In this document: piece after piece, positions 40,090 to 54,100 of the stretch | Layout of the letters: every line of letters begins with the position of its first letter | Position numbering within the stretch: the stretch's first letter is position 1 | NCBI GenBank assembly: GCA_024704765.1 | Contig: JAKMXF010000315.1 | Coordinates: forward strand, 330,801-394,800 | Length of the DNA stretch: 64,000 nt | Reading direction: 5' to 3' | Source: Oopsacas minuta | Lineage: Eukaryota; Animalia; Porifera | Position numbers and translations under genes: made by a program | The notes under the pieces: generated by a model | What the model saw: the letters and a program-made list of their open reading frames with translations, nothing else | The model's database searches: none | Told to the model about the DNA's origin: nothing

Positions 40090-41775
40090 CGATCAAGAGT
40101 GGGCTTCAGTTTCAGCAATTATATCAAGTGATCTAAGGATGTGTATATATTAACAACATAATTTTTGTAATTATAAAGTTGTCACGTTACTAGTTATATT
40201 AGTTACCATCGATGGCACATGTTTTGGTGATAAAAATTATAACTCAATGGTGGTTTGACGGCTAGAGTCATGGAAAAGTCACTCCCGCTAATATGGATGA
40301 TGACTCTAGCGACTATCGAGTTATAAGGGGATTAAACTAAATATGTGCCATCCATGGCATCTAAAATAAATCCGTAACCGGATAACTTTATAACTACAAA
40401 ATTTCCATATTTTTTATGAAAATATCACAACCTACGTAACTATAGCCTATTAACGGTCTAAAATTTAATGTACCATGGATTACTTCAAGTTTATTAAATT
40501 TAACTTATAATTCCATTTTATTGATAAAACATAATCGGTGCATTAATGCTCGAATAAATGTATTATCGATAGTTAATAAATTAAAGAAGCCATATTATCC
40601 AACTATTATAAGTTTGAAATGAAGTCACCTGTTTGGTTAGAAGGGTAATATGTTTTAAAAATGCACCACTTGTAAATCTCTGATAAACTATAACTGGTGC
40701 CTCTTCGATTCCAGAATTAATATCAAGTCATCGTAGGATGTTTATACATATAATACAAAATTTTTTGTTTTTATAAATTGTCACGTAACTGAGTTATATT
40801 AGATTCCATGGGTGGCGCTTATTTGGTAAATCTCGTTAATTACTCGATAGTCGTTAGAGTTATTATCAAATGAGTCCAAACAATGTGTACTACATACCCG
40901 ACTTCCCATACTCTTGTGATATATTTTCATACGGTATCTCGAAGCACTATTGCGTAATCTTGATAATAACCAAATATGGGCATAATCAGGATTGCGTCAC
41001 ACCGGTTTGAGATATCATATGAAAATGTATTACAAGGGTTGAAGTTGGGTATGTAGCACACATTGGTTGTTGTTATTAGATAATAACTACAACGACTATC
41101 GAGTTAAAAGTCGATATTTCCAAATATGTACCATCCATGGTACCTATTATAACTCAGTAACGTGACAACTTTGTCATTACAAAAATTTTATATTTTATAT
41201 AACATCCATAGATTACTTGGTATAAATTTTGGAATCGAAGGCGTAGTAGTAATCGTTTATCCGAGTTTTAAAAATGGTACATTTTTAACAACATTTTCCC
41301 TTCGAACCAAACAGATGATGTCATTTCGAGCTGGTAATAGTTGGATAATATGACATTTGTAAATTATTAACCATCAATTATACATAATTCGAGCCAAAAT
41401 GCACCAGTTTGATTTATCGATAATAATATAATTGCAAGTCAAATTATAAGACTTGAAGTAATCCATGGTATTTTCAGTGAATAATCTATAGTAACGTAGT
41501 TTGTGTGAAAATATCTATAAATATTTGATATTAGTTTCGGAATCGAAGTAGGAATAGTGTTCGGTTCACAGAGCTTGAAAAATGGCACATGTTGGACAAC
41601 ATATTTCGCTATTTGTAAATCATTTAGGGCTGACAACTCTGATAATTGAGCTAATTATGAATTATTTACTATAAATTATACATTTATTCGAGCCATTATG
41701 CACTAATTGTATATAATCGAGAATATTAGAGTTGCCCATCAAATTTAAAGTACTTGAAGTAATCATATTAAATAC
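40090..41775. repeat. Modular foldback / long imperfect palindrome
   Basis: Arms ~40415-40964 and 40985-~41520 are inverted copies (e.g. TGTCACGTAACTGAG vs CTCAGTAACGTGACA; CCATGGATTACTTCAAG vs CTTGAAGTAATCCATGG) around a ~20-bp loop. Extra diverged modules at 40090-40390 and 41520-41775. Confidence 0.8.
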
Positions 41776-43274
41776 AGTGAACGGGATAAAGTTTCGGGCA
41801 TTGTGTGAGTTTGCATTTGGTAAGTCATGACCTCAGAATGTGTAGCATATTGACGGGCACCTGTGAATAAATTTCAAACTTCAATCATATATATCAGTCG
41901 AGCAGTGGGAAAAATGGGTATATTCGAAAATCAAAAGAGGTGCAATTACCTCAAAATGGGCGTCAACTTTCATTCATGACTCGATTTTGTCCTTGACTGG
42001 ACCAACAAACCCATGTATGCTAAAAATCAGCTCTCGAGTTCCGCCAGTTCCTTTAATCAATTCTGGATATACAAACATATATATAATTGGATACATATTA
42101 AGGTACTTCAGTTACCCTTTTAGATTGAAATACACATCACTTACTACTAATTAAGTGATAAATATGGTGTTGATCTACCAAGTAAATTTTGGATGGAATT
42201 GATAGAGAGTTAGTGGTAACGCTATTGAATTTTGTAATAAATATGGATTTGTTTTTGGTCGGTTTATACTTAAATTTTGTGAAAAATGTAGTTGTGTCAG
42301 GACTGGAAAACTGAAACTTGGATTTGAGTAATTTGGGGCTGGTTCTAATTCGGCAAATAATACTTTAAATACTCCAATTTGTTGCTATTTAGAAGTGATC
42401 AGATCAGATCAGATCTGAAAGTATAACCTGCTGATAAGATTTTTACTTGTATCTTTGCAGACAAGATGCCTCATTGAAAAGGTATTATTACGAATAGATG
42501 AGATGAAACCATCACCAAACTACTTGTTTTCAGGTTAATTTCATGATTAAGCTATATTTTCACCAAATTTAGATGGAAAACGGGAAGACCACTACAAAAA
42601 TGTATAATTACAAATTGAATTGAGGTACCACGGCCTACTAGTAAATTAACCTATAAAATCACATATTTCTTCTGATTCTTACCTTAGTTTTTAATAAAGA
42701 CACTGTACAACAAATTTTCATTTTGGAATACCAACGAAATCATGATTAAATATAGCCAATAGGATCTCCAGATTCCGAATATGAATACAGTTTTGCTCAT
42801 TCACGCAACTTTTTCCGTAATTACTAATATGAAATTATATATATTAAATGAAATTTAACATTTCTTATCATAAAGATTTAAATTTGTACTGAAAACCTAG
42901 ATCCAGAGTTAAAGTAGCTAACTAATGAGTTTATCTAATTCATTCTATTTTCTTTGCTTTTGGTGATGTCTCGGGCTGGTCACGTTTCAAATTCCAGCAA
43001 AAATTAGCAAGCATTCCTGTACTCCATTTTCCTTTATATCTATTTTCCATCTCTGATATATCTTGGTGAAATCTCTCACCCTGTTCGTCACTCACATCAG
43101 ACGCGTTCTCTGGGAAAAAGATAGATGGGAATGCAGAAAATCAAGGTTCAAAGACATGTTACACAAAATAAATTCAAAATATGCAGGCAAATCTAATCCA
43201 CTTTGTGTTTTCCTAATATTCAACTACCAAAATTCTTGAAAGAATTCCAAGTAGCAAATTTGTCTCATCCATTA

Positions 43275-45457
43275 CACAGGCCTACAAAAAAATATTATAT
43301 TGCAGTTGTTTATATTTTGATCACTGATTTAGATTAATTTAGGTGCGTTGATTCCGAATATTTATTCAATTTTTCTTATCACGTCAGGTTTATTCACAAC
43401 CATAAAGCTACATTTTCAGAAAAATTTCGATTTTTGCCAAAAATTCATCATGATTACATATTACAACAATAACATTATGTACATAGTATATATATTCAAA
43501 TAGTCTTATTTGCTTATTGGTTTTTAACTAGTCTGTTGTACTTTTTTGTTGATATGTCGAAATGAAAGTGTTTTAATTCTCCAGACACTTTTTGTTATAT
43601 TTGTGGTTTCTATACTCCGGAACCTCAGATGCAGAATATTACTTATTTTGTGGATAGAGCTTACCATGCGTATTTCAAAGTTAAGCTGGGCGACCAGGAC
43701 AAAAGTTGGGCACCTCATAAGGTCTGTAAATCTTGTGTAGAATTATTGAGGTCTTGGAGTAAGGGTAAAGAGAAACACCTCCCTTTCGGAATTCCTATGA
43801 TTTGGATAGAATCAAAAAATCATTTCGATGGTTGTTATTTCTGCATGGTAAATGTTATGGGCTGCAAAAAGAGTAACAGACACCTGCTGAATTACGCAAA
43901 TTTAGAATCTGCTATCGACCAGTCCATGAAGATGGTACCAATTCAGAGGAAGTCAAGGATCATGACTGTGAATATGATGCTGATTTTCAAGATCCTTCCT
44001 CGGAGCCTTCTCTCTTTAACCAACCGGAATTGAATGATTTAATTCGTGACCTTGACCTCTCGAAAGCATCTTCTGAGTTGCTTGCATCTAGATTGAAAGA
44101 AAAGAATCTACTCCATCAAGGAACAAAGGTAACATTATATCATTACAGGGAGCAAGAGTTTCAACAGTATTTCTGCGAAAAGAATGGTTTGGTGTTTTGT
44201 CCAAATGTTGAGGGTCTTCTACTGGCAATGGGAGTTCCGAACTACAATCCAAGTGACTGGAGGCTGTTTATTGAAAACTCTAAAAGGAGTCTGAAATGTG
44301 TACTACTCCATAATGGAAATATATCGGTTCAATTCCTATAGGATATTCAGTTAAACTCAAAGTGGAGTACAATAATGTGAAAGAGATATTAGAGATTATT
44401 AACTACTCTGCACATAATTGGGTAATCTGTGTTGATCTCAAAATGGTCAACTTTCTATTAGGACAACAATCTGGGTTCACTAAGTACCCCTGTTTTCTTT
44501 GTTATTGGAACAGTAGAGATATGAACCAGCATTGGATAAGGGAAAAGTGGCCTCCGAGAGAATATTTGAAAGTTGGGGACAAAAATGTAACTAAGAACCC
44601 TCTGGTACATACAAATAAATAATTCTACCTCCTGTCCACATTAAGCTTGGTTTAATGAAGCAATTCATCAAAGCACTGGATAAAGACATACTTTTTCAAG
44701 TATATCCGAAAGTATTTTCCAGAAATCAGTGAAGAGAAGAAAAGGCAGGGATATTTGAAGGTCCACAGATTCGCAAGTTACTTAGGGACAACAGCTTCAA
44801 AGATTCAATGAACAAGGAAGAGAAGAGAGCGTGGCAGGCTTTATCTAATGTCGTTTCTAATTTCCTTGGTAATAAAAAGGCATCCAACTACAAAGAACTA
44901 GTCACAGAGTTAATCGACAGCTATCATGCTCCTGACTGTAATATGAGTATTAAAATTCATTATTTGAGAGACCATCTTGATAGATTTCCGGATAATCTTG
45001 GTGATATGAGTGAAGAACAAGGTGAACGATTCCATCAAGACATAAAAGTGATGGAACAGCGATATCAAGGAAGTTGGGGCACACATATGATGGCAGATTA
45101 CGTTGGTGCATAAAAAGAGATTGTCCTAACGAACAACATTCAAGAAAGTCAAACAAGAGAAAGCTTTAGATTGAATAATGCTCATATTACATGTTTATAG
45201 TATCACTTTCTTCCATTCATATTAGTAACAATTATATCATTATTCTTAGTGAATGAAATATTGATATTTTCAGATATTTAATTGATCCAACCTAACATAT
45301 AAGGGTTGAAACCAATTTTGTTCTATAAATGTAGTAATAGGATTGAAGGATAACTTGACGTATTAAGGAGGAACTGAGTAAATAATCGGAATCAGCAACA
45401 CAGAATTAGTATATATCAGTTGACAAAATCAATACAACTAAAAAGTGCAGGCCTGTG
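43275..45457 (+). mobile_element. Chapaev3 transposon C, nested inside Chapaev3 D in opposite orientation
   Basis: Ends CACAGGCCT with 3-bp TSD TTA. CDS relic 43554-45169 has CYICG, GDQDKSWAPH, DLK and EQGERFHQD. Confidence 0.87.
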
Positions 45458-46520
45458 TTATTAATTTGAAATGTTTGTTAAAGCAAGAGTTTACGAATTT
45501 GAGATCCCACAAATATACCTTCTTTGATCTTAGAATCACTAATTTTAGGAAATTTTGTGTTCGGTATTGAAAAGTTGGTTTGTCATGATTAATTGCTTTG
45601 ACATATTGTTTCATTAATCCCAGTTTTATGTATAACGATAGCAAAATAATATATGGTTTCTTCACTAGTGCTTTGTGAATAATATTATGGGATCCAGTTG
45701 TAAGTGAATCTTGTGGTTGCAATAATGAGCTCAAGTAGTGTCCTGGTCTCGCATGGCTGTCCCATCTACACAGAAAGCACATATATATAGTGTAACCAGT
45801 TTGCATCCCATTAAGAATAGCAACAATCTTCACATCAGCACAAAATTGACATTCGTGTTATTGTATTTTACCCGGGCTAGGATAAACTCAAGATTTTCAT
45901 ACGTTTCCCTTAAGATTACTGAGTAAGAAATGGGAATAAAATGCATGGCGGTTCCATTGTGCAGTAGAACGCCTTTAATGCTATAAAGACTCGCGCCAAT
46001 AAAAAACATCCATTGAGAACGATCATATATCAAATCCAGACAATCAAACAATCTCGGAATGTTATTGCAATAACAGAGGTTATTCCATTGCGAAGTACTG
46101 AAATCTGAAGAGCGTTTTCTAAATGATGATACCCGCACATCTACATCCAGAAGATTCCATTCTCTAGACGTGAAGTTAATAGTGCGCTCTGCTGTTTTGT
46201 TAGGGTTAAATATCGGACCAAATCTCTGAGTTCAGGTTGCGTTATGAGATATGGTTCCTAAACAGTTAAAGTTTCTGGAACTAAGGAATCTCGCTTGATA
46301 CTGATTTTTCTAATGCAATTGTGTCGTTTCTTTCTAGATCGAACGAGGAGTGAGGTGCGGGAATATCAGTAGAATATGCCACAGCACTCATAGCGGAAGG
46401 AATATTTGGAAACACTAAGGATTTTTGCCCTTCCTATTGAAACAGATAATTTAAAATAGATAGAAATGATAAATCTCTTTTGAATATAAGTGTGTTAACA
46501 AACCTTGGATGTCTGTTAAA

Positions 46521-47819
46521 CACGGTGTAACGAAAGTGTTGATACCCTAGATAATTCATTAAAACTTATAATATATTTGAGTGATTCGAAATATTATCGG
46601 TTTATATCTGAACCATTTCGTTCTAATACAATTCTTATAAGTTTCGTCATGCTAGCTACTAAATTCTCTAAATACTTGGACTAATGTCTCTCCATGCTGA
46701 TTTTACTGTTTCTATTAGCTGTTCCCTCCTTGTGATTTGGCCTTCTTCATTAACCTTCTCTTTCACAATTCCCCAAAGGTTTTCAATAGGGTGTAATTCA
46801 GGGGAGTTCCCAGGCCATTCAATCCTACGCCAGAAAGCATTTAAATGATCTTGACACCACTTCTGCGTTGGATTGGTCGTGTGTGCCGGTGCGCCATCTT
46901 GCATGAAGATGAATTCGGACATATTTTCTAACATTGGCCTTTCCAAAACCGATCCATTATTTCGACAACGGTGAACTGCCTCCATAGAAGTCTTGGCCAA
47001 AATTTGATTATTGTAGTATACACTATTTATTGAATGCCCTTGAGGGATTATATGCAGTTCTGAAAGTCCCTGATGTGACATTATGCCCCACACATGAATC
47101 TTTGCTGGAAACTTAACTGACAATACCGAAGGAACATCTTGCTTATTCTTTGCCCAACCCGAATATTTTGTTTGTTTGGCGTTGCAAAAAGCTGGAAGGG
47201 ACGCTCATCTGGCCAGAGAACTTTTTTTCCAGCTGTTAACTGTTCAATTTTGATGCTTCCGAGCAAATCTCAGACAATCTTGGATGTTCTTTTGAGATAA
47301 TCAAGGTATTTCTTGCCTTTTGAAAGACCTACACCCACAGATTCGGTCAAATGACGATGCACACACTTATGAGATACAGGATTGCCTGCATTTACCGAGT
47401 GACTTGGAAATAAGAATTTTATCCGCCCGTTTCAAAATAGGAGGCCTCCCTGAACGAGGTTTAGTCACTAATGAACTACCTTTTTATACAAACTAGACAA
47501 TCGTTTCACCGAAGAGATTGAAACATTCAAGTCTTGGGCCACTTTCTTCTGTGTGAGCCCTGTATCTAGCATGCCTATAGCTCGAAAACGAAGCAAGACT
47601 CCATGATCACGGACATCCATTAATACGAAATAATGTAACACTGCTAAAATTGGAAAAAATTCAAATATTTGAATACAATTAATAATTAATGTAGTCAGAA
47701 ATAACCTAAAGTATTATAACTATACTTAAGAAAAGTATAGGAACAAACTATATATGGTTCATTAATATTTAAGATTGCCATAGGAACATAAAAGGTATCA
47801 ACACTTTCGTTACACCCTA
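46521..47819 (-). mobile_element. TRT-type (DD37E) Tc1-like element
   Basis: TIRs ..GGTGTAACGAAAGTGTTGATACC; right TSD TA. FMQDGAPAH...WPGNSPELHPIE with 37 residues between D and E. Confidence 0.88.
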
Positions 47820-48061
47820 TACAATTCATAAACATTCATCACATACGGAGACAGTTGTCTTCCGCACCTTTTCAATGTAAATGATCCACAAATATAAAAG
47901 TAGCTGTGTGGTGAATTCTTGCATTTTCTATCCATTAGAGCTCGCTTTTAAACAGAAAAATCACAAAAGATATTTATAAATTGAATCTGGAAATTTCATC
48001 AAATTAAGGGTGATTAAAGAAAATGAATGGTATATTCGTAATCTGCATCAAAGATTACATA

Positions 48062-49475
48062 CAGGGTGTCCCAAAATCATTGCGTGTTGTATTAGATCAA
48101 CTATAATGAAATAAGAACAGTGTAATCAGATACAGCTTCAATTTACTAGTGCGAATTTTATAAGCCAACCTTAGTAATTATAAATATGCATTATACCATA
48201 GATGGTTGTAGTTATTTTGGAATTTTGAGTTTAGCTTAGAGTATTGGCGAATTATTAGCAGATGAATGTGCGTTTGGAGAAAGTTGAAGTCCATAACAGG
48301 GCCATTGGAATGCTGCTTAGTGGAAAACACAAAAGACCGTTGCCCTCTCTCTTGGAAAAGAGGTTTCAACCGTACAAAGATGGTGGCACAAACATAAAAG
48401 CCTACAACATAAGAGGGGTGCTGGACGTCCGAAAAAGTTATCTAGATTCTCAAAGATTGTTATCGCAAAATCATTGGGCAAGAGACGCAAGTCGACAAGA
48501 TCTATGGCTAAGAAACTTACAAACATGGGAAATACTGTTTCAAAGGACATTGTACACCGGTATTTGTTCAAGGATTTAAAAGTCCACCCTTATAAAAGAC
48601 CAAAAATCCCCTTACTAACAGAATTTCATAAGAAAAACAGACTAAGGTTCTGTATGGATAAGGTGAATTGGACAGTGGATGATTGGAAACGTGTACTCTG
48701 GTCAGACGAATCTCCCTATGAGTTATTTCACCCATCGAATCCACAGAACGATCGAATATGGGCAAGAGACGGTACACAAGTAACTCCCCGCCAAACTGTT
48801 AAATTTCCCGCAAAAGTGATGGTTTGGGGTATGGTGAGCTATCAAGCGCTTTCTACACTCAATATATTGCCTCAAAAAGGGACAATTAATGCGAAATATT
48901 ATGAAGACGAGATTCTAGAAGGGCCATGTATTCAAGCGTTGCGTAGAACAGATGAAAATGGAGGGATCTTAGAAAGGAAAATGATACCAGACATGTCCAA
49001 AAGCGATATTTATGCAGGATGGAGCTCCGGCTCATACAGCTAGAAAGACTCAAGACTGGTGCAGACAGAACTTACCTGGGTTCTGGGAGAATAGAAGTAG
49101 CCAGGCAACTCTCCGGATCTCAACCCAAATGAGAATATTTAGTCAATCGTTCAAGATAAGATTGACAAGATGAAGCCTGCTGTCAACGTTAATGATTTGG
49201 AAAAGATGCTAAAAAAATGCTTGGTTATCAATCGACCCTGATATTTTAGAAAGATTGTACTTAGGGATGCCAATGCACGTTCAGAAATGTATAGAATTCT
49301 CAGGGGAATATATTGGCAAATAGAACTTTATCAAAGTGTATTAATTCTATAGTTATTGAGCAGAAATGTATAGAATTCTCAGGGGAATATATTGGCAAAT
49401 AGAACTTTATCAAAGTGTATTAATTCTATAGTTATTGAGTATTTTACAACGCCGCAATAATTTTGAGACACCCTG
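48062..49475 (+). mobile_element. TRT-type (DD37E) Tc1-like element, second subfamily
   Basis: TIRs CAGGGTGTC(C/T)CAAAAT with TA TSD. Motifs WSDESPYEL, KFPAKVMVWG, MQDGAPAH and NSPDLNP across frameshifts. Confidence 0.88.
49282..49439. repeat. Perfect 79-bp tandem duplication at the 3' end of the TRT element
   Basis: 49282-49360 is identical to 49361-49439. Confidence 0.92.
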
Positions 49476-49621
49476 TATAACTACATTAACATCGTTTTCA
49501 TTTAGTTCTATTGTTGTAAAGTGTAATTATTGTGCCTCACATACTATCACATGAACGGATTTAACATGAACATAGAATTTACTTCCCATTTTCTCCCGCG
49601 GCTTTGGGCCAATTCTATTTA

Positions 49622-51122
49622 CAGTCAACTTCGCGAAATTGAGAGGCCGGTTAATAATGAAATCCGCTTAATTGGAGCAAATCTTCAGGAACGAAATCAT
49701 CTCCACTAAGGTTAATACTAAATATTTTAGGTTAATCAGGACAAACTCTAGTAATCGAGTGAAAAGATAATAACTCAATCAAGACCAAATTCCTTTGGAT
49801 TTAAGAATACTAATGATCCCTGTACAATATGGACAGAATTTGGAAAATATAGGCTAAAGCTAGGATCAATATGGCTAAATCAAATTCTATTTACTAGTGA
49901 ATGTTAACAACATTGATTCACGAAGACACAAAACGATCCAAACTTCAAAATTTGTACTTTGGATGGGTATTACTCAACAATAGATTAGTAATATGGCTTT
50001 AGGGGACTTTGTGAATGAAAAATTACAACCTGTGGCGACGGCTTAGCCTATTACATAAATGTTTAAAAAGTGGCATTATTAATTTGAAGCACTATGAAAG
50101 GTTAGATTTAATCTCATTTCACAAAGTGTTTCCAATTAATAGGGCCACTTTTTAAACGTTAAATTAATGGACTAAGCTGTCAGCACAGGTTGGAATTTTA
50201 TTATTTTCCATGCTCCGCTCGGAAATTAATTCCATCAACAATATATTCAGAATTTACTATGATTATCAAGATCATATAATGTTCAATTTGTTGCAATAAT
50301 TATCAGTTGACTAAAAAATATTAATAAAAGGGAATACTGAAGAAGATTTGATTGGTACAAATTCAAGAGTGTGAAATTTGGAATCAGCATATTGTATTCC
50401 CCCTTTTTGCTGTTTGGAACAATCTTTTACCATTATTCAAAAGTGTATGTTCGGGGAAATACATATCTATTTAATTATCCATGGTTAATTTGAAAAATAT
50501 TTTATTCATAAATATAATAGAAATATTCAAACTAACGTTAAATTTTGATATTCAATGAATTCAAATTATATGCAACACTAGAAGTACATATTGTTTAACC
50601 AATAAATATTAACATCTAAGAACAATAGAATTATTACAGATGACATAGTGCGATAAAATGAATATTTTTATATACTTTGAGCAAAAATATCTAACCAATA
50701 TAAAAATTCTAGAAGATTTTAAAGGTGTAGAAACATTTCTCTTTCGAAAGGCAAAATTTTTGACACCTTTCCCTACAAGATTTTTACCAGAGGCGAGACA
50801 AAATTAACCAGTATGAAATAGTGGCACTGGTGACCAATTGATTAGCAAAGGGGAGAAGGACGCTCAACGAATATCTTCAATATTTCTCACAACAAATGTC
50901 ACCTTAATTCTATCCAATTTTGGATACAGGGTATTCACAGAGAAAAAAACGAAAAAATTACGGCAGCATTTCAGTACTGGGCCACTATCTAAAGTGAAAT
51001 GGCAACAGTAAAAATGAAGAATGAATGATTCTTATCATTCGAAATGTCCGGTTAATTGGAACTCCGTTCAATCGGGACAAAAGGGCTGGAACAGATGAGT
51101 CCGGATTAAACGGAGTTGACTG
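49622..51122. mobile_element. Degenerate pogo-like non-autonomous element
   Basis: TA-flanked ends share CAGTCAACT. Subterminal TTAAT(T/C)GG motifs resemble the MITE family. No transposase recognised. Confidence 0.5.
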
Positions 51123-54100
51123 TACCTCTAAATCTATTAACAATACTTTGGTCAAAAACGAAATATATTGGAACGACTACCAAAGGTTAAAAGGATAATA
51201 TTGTTCACCCTGAGGTTTGGTAATCTCAATAATTAATCTACGAATTGAATGTTCACAATCTCCATATGGAGTTCTCAGATGTTTCTGAATCAATATCGGA
51301 TATAGGAGTGTTCGGCCGAACAGGGCCCCCACAACTCAACGTCATTAATTATATTTTGATTCTGCTTCCAGAAAAGCCATATATACCTAAATCCGGTACT
51401 GTTCCGAATGCTGGAATAAATTTAAGCGCGACGAATTCAAAAGTGTGAAAATGCGGATCAGAATGGCCTTTTCTATATAAGGCCTGACATCAACCTCGAA
51501 TCTTTGAATTAGGGATATAGTAGTGTACACTAGAAATTGCACTGTTCAACGATGGTCTTTCTTCTGTGTTGAATAGAATTTGATGTTATGTTATCACCTA
51601 TGCTAAATCCGAAAATTGAGTCCGTTTTCCTCAATTACGTCACATATTTGATGATATTTGGACTGGAATATCACAAAATTACTAAAACTTCAGAAACTTT
51701 ACTGAATAATGAAGTAGCCAAGTGCAACCGTTCTAAATTTTTGAACAATTATATGTCCAAATTTAAGCGCATTTGGGTGAAACCGGCAATTTTTGGTAAG
51801 GAAATCTAGAATTATACATTCAGACTTCATAAATAGTATAAAAGTCTATTTGGCCTCCGGAATGATAAGTTAGGACCACACAGAGCTCATTCTTGTTTAC
51901 TATGAATTCCAAATACACTAGTCTTTGAACATCTTTCAGTTGTTGGTAACTACTTTCGTATATGGAAAAAGTTTCTGAAATGTTGGTAATTTGCAATTTT
52001 CAAGTTCAATATTTTCAAATTGTGAAGTGTTGGAACAAATTGGATATATCTTCGGAATCGCTATAGAAATATTATTAGGAAAATTCGAAATCAAAGAAGA
52101 AGATATTCTAAAGTTGATTAACGTTGAACAGTGTTATATTTGCACAAACAATGGTTTCATATCACACAGACAGTACTTTTATGCCAAGTAAATGTATTGC
52201 TGATATGTAGAATATCATGTGTCCAAACCAAAAACAAAAAATTTCACATTTTGACAATTTCTTTGCTTAGTGAGCATTATTTGGAGAAAATGGCCCAAAC
52301 TTTGATGAGTGTATATGTTTTTCTACATCAGTAATACTTTAACCTTGGCATAAAAGTACTGTTTGAGCTACATACAACCATTATGTATACTAATATAATA
52401 TCTTGTAGACTTCGATATCTCTGGTACATCTGATGGTAGGAATTATATAGAAGGCTATGGAATCAGCATATTATATTACCGCCAATTATATGAAAGAAGA
52501 AGCTTCCACAAATATTAGAAGGGTAAATAATCAATATAAGCAAAATTTGTTGAATTATTGTTTGTAATTTGAAAATTAATATATTCTAAAATATTTAACG
52601 AGTACATATAGATACATATAACATTAGAAAACCAAATGTTTGACAAATATTTTTAACATCAAAAATAATAGGATAATTACAGTTGGCATGGGGGTTATTC
52701 AGTAACAAAACTTGAGGGCGTGATACGTGCTAACGTTCAATACGTATTTCAATTCGGCTGATTGTGTAATAGCTATATCTTTAGTCAACGTTTTCATTTT
52801 TAGAAGTTCTTATATGAATCCGAATTTCTTACACAATTCTATGCTGATTCTAAAATTAAACAAAATTACTCCAATAAATGTATAATATTATTATTGATAA
52901 TATTCAACAACAAAAAAGCAAAATTGATGAAATTTCAGAAATCCTTTCGGACACAAAAAGTATACATCAAAAACTTGCAACATTTTCAAATTATAGCATA
53001 TTTGGAATTTATTGTAATATGAATGAGATTTGTTTACACAAAACTGATCATTGCAAAAGCAAAGATATGATATTTTGATGTGTCTAATGTCAGTGAAATT
53101 CTAGATTCCCTCGCCAAAATGACCAGTTCACCTGAATATACTACTTACAAGTTAGAAATGAAATATGAACGTTCTACTGTTCGAAATCTACAGCGGTCGC
53201 CAATGAGTACTTCAGTATTCGGTAAAAGAATCGGACATTTTGGCAATCTAGTGAGTTTTCAAGTCGCATTAATCAAAATAAGACCTGATGGAGTAAAACG
53301 GACTCCATTTTCGAAATTTGCATGGTTGATAACATGACATAAAAATCTATTTAACAGGAAAATTAGCATCGAAGCTTATTTTTTGCAAATCAGCGTTGAA
53401 TAGTGCATTTTACATGGAAAGATTGGCTGTCGCATTGTAATTGAGAAATATCAGCTTTGTTGACAATATTATATAATATTTGAAATTTTGATAATAGACA
53501 AAAATCTATTTCGATATATTTCTAGACGTATATTAGCTTGAATTAGATCAAGATTAACGATTTATATGTTGCACGAATATAATACAAGAGTTGTAAGGTC
53601 ATAGTAGAATAAATTGACAATAAATTACGCAGTGAAATTCAAAAAGTCCCGAAATATTGTAACAAAATAAGTTAAGCATGATGATGTCATGCTTAACTTG
53701 TATTACATCATTACTTTAAGGAGATTTTATGAACACAGTTGAAATTGATCATGATTACCATTTGATACAATAGAAATAATTTACTCTCGAATTTCAGTGA
53801 AACAACAAAACCCATTGAAAAAATATAAAATCCCATGATATTATAATAGATTTTTTTCAATAATTTCTACAAAATATTTAAATGCATAAAGGTGTAGAAT
53901 TGTTTTCTCTATTGAATTGTGTAAATTGTTAAATCCTTGACTTTAATAAATTTTTGGTACATGCGAGTGAAATTTTGACTGGTATGAATTAGTGGCATTT
54001 GGTATTCGATCAAATAGAAAGGGAAGATGCAATGAGATCGCGACAAATATCTAACAAAAATAATTTATTACATAACACCGTGGTTTTTGTTAGTTTTGGT

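Larger units (their letters stand above)
42701..49523 (-). mobile_element. Chapaev3 transposon D (old), host of three nested insertions
   Basis: Ends CACTGTACAACAA / CACTTTACAACAA; right flank TAA, left flank AGA. CDS relic MDRKCKNSPHSYFYICG (47935), GVLLHNG (~45960), YIKLGLMKQYVKA (~45620) and SDEQGERFHQD...MLANFCW (stop at 42940). Confidence 0.8.

Noticed and set aside
54082-54090. GGTTTTTGT, the exact reverse complement of the RSS nonamer ACAAAAACC, overlapping the left heptamer-like end
   Set aside because: Wrong orientation and zero spacer relative to the heptamer. No end in the window shows a convincing nonamer at 12 or 23 bp, so no 12/23 RSS architecture is claimed.
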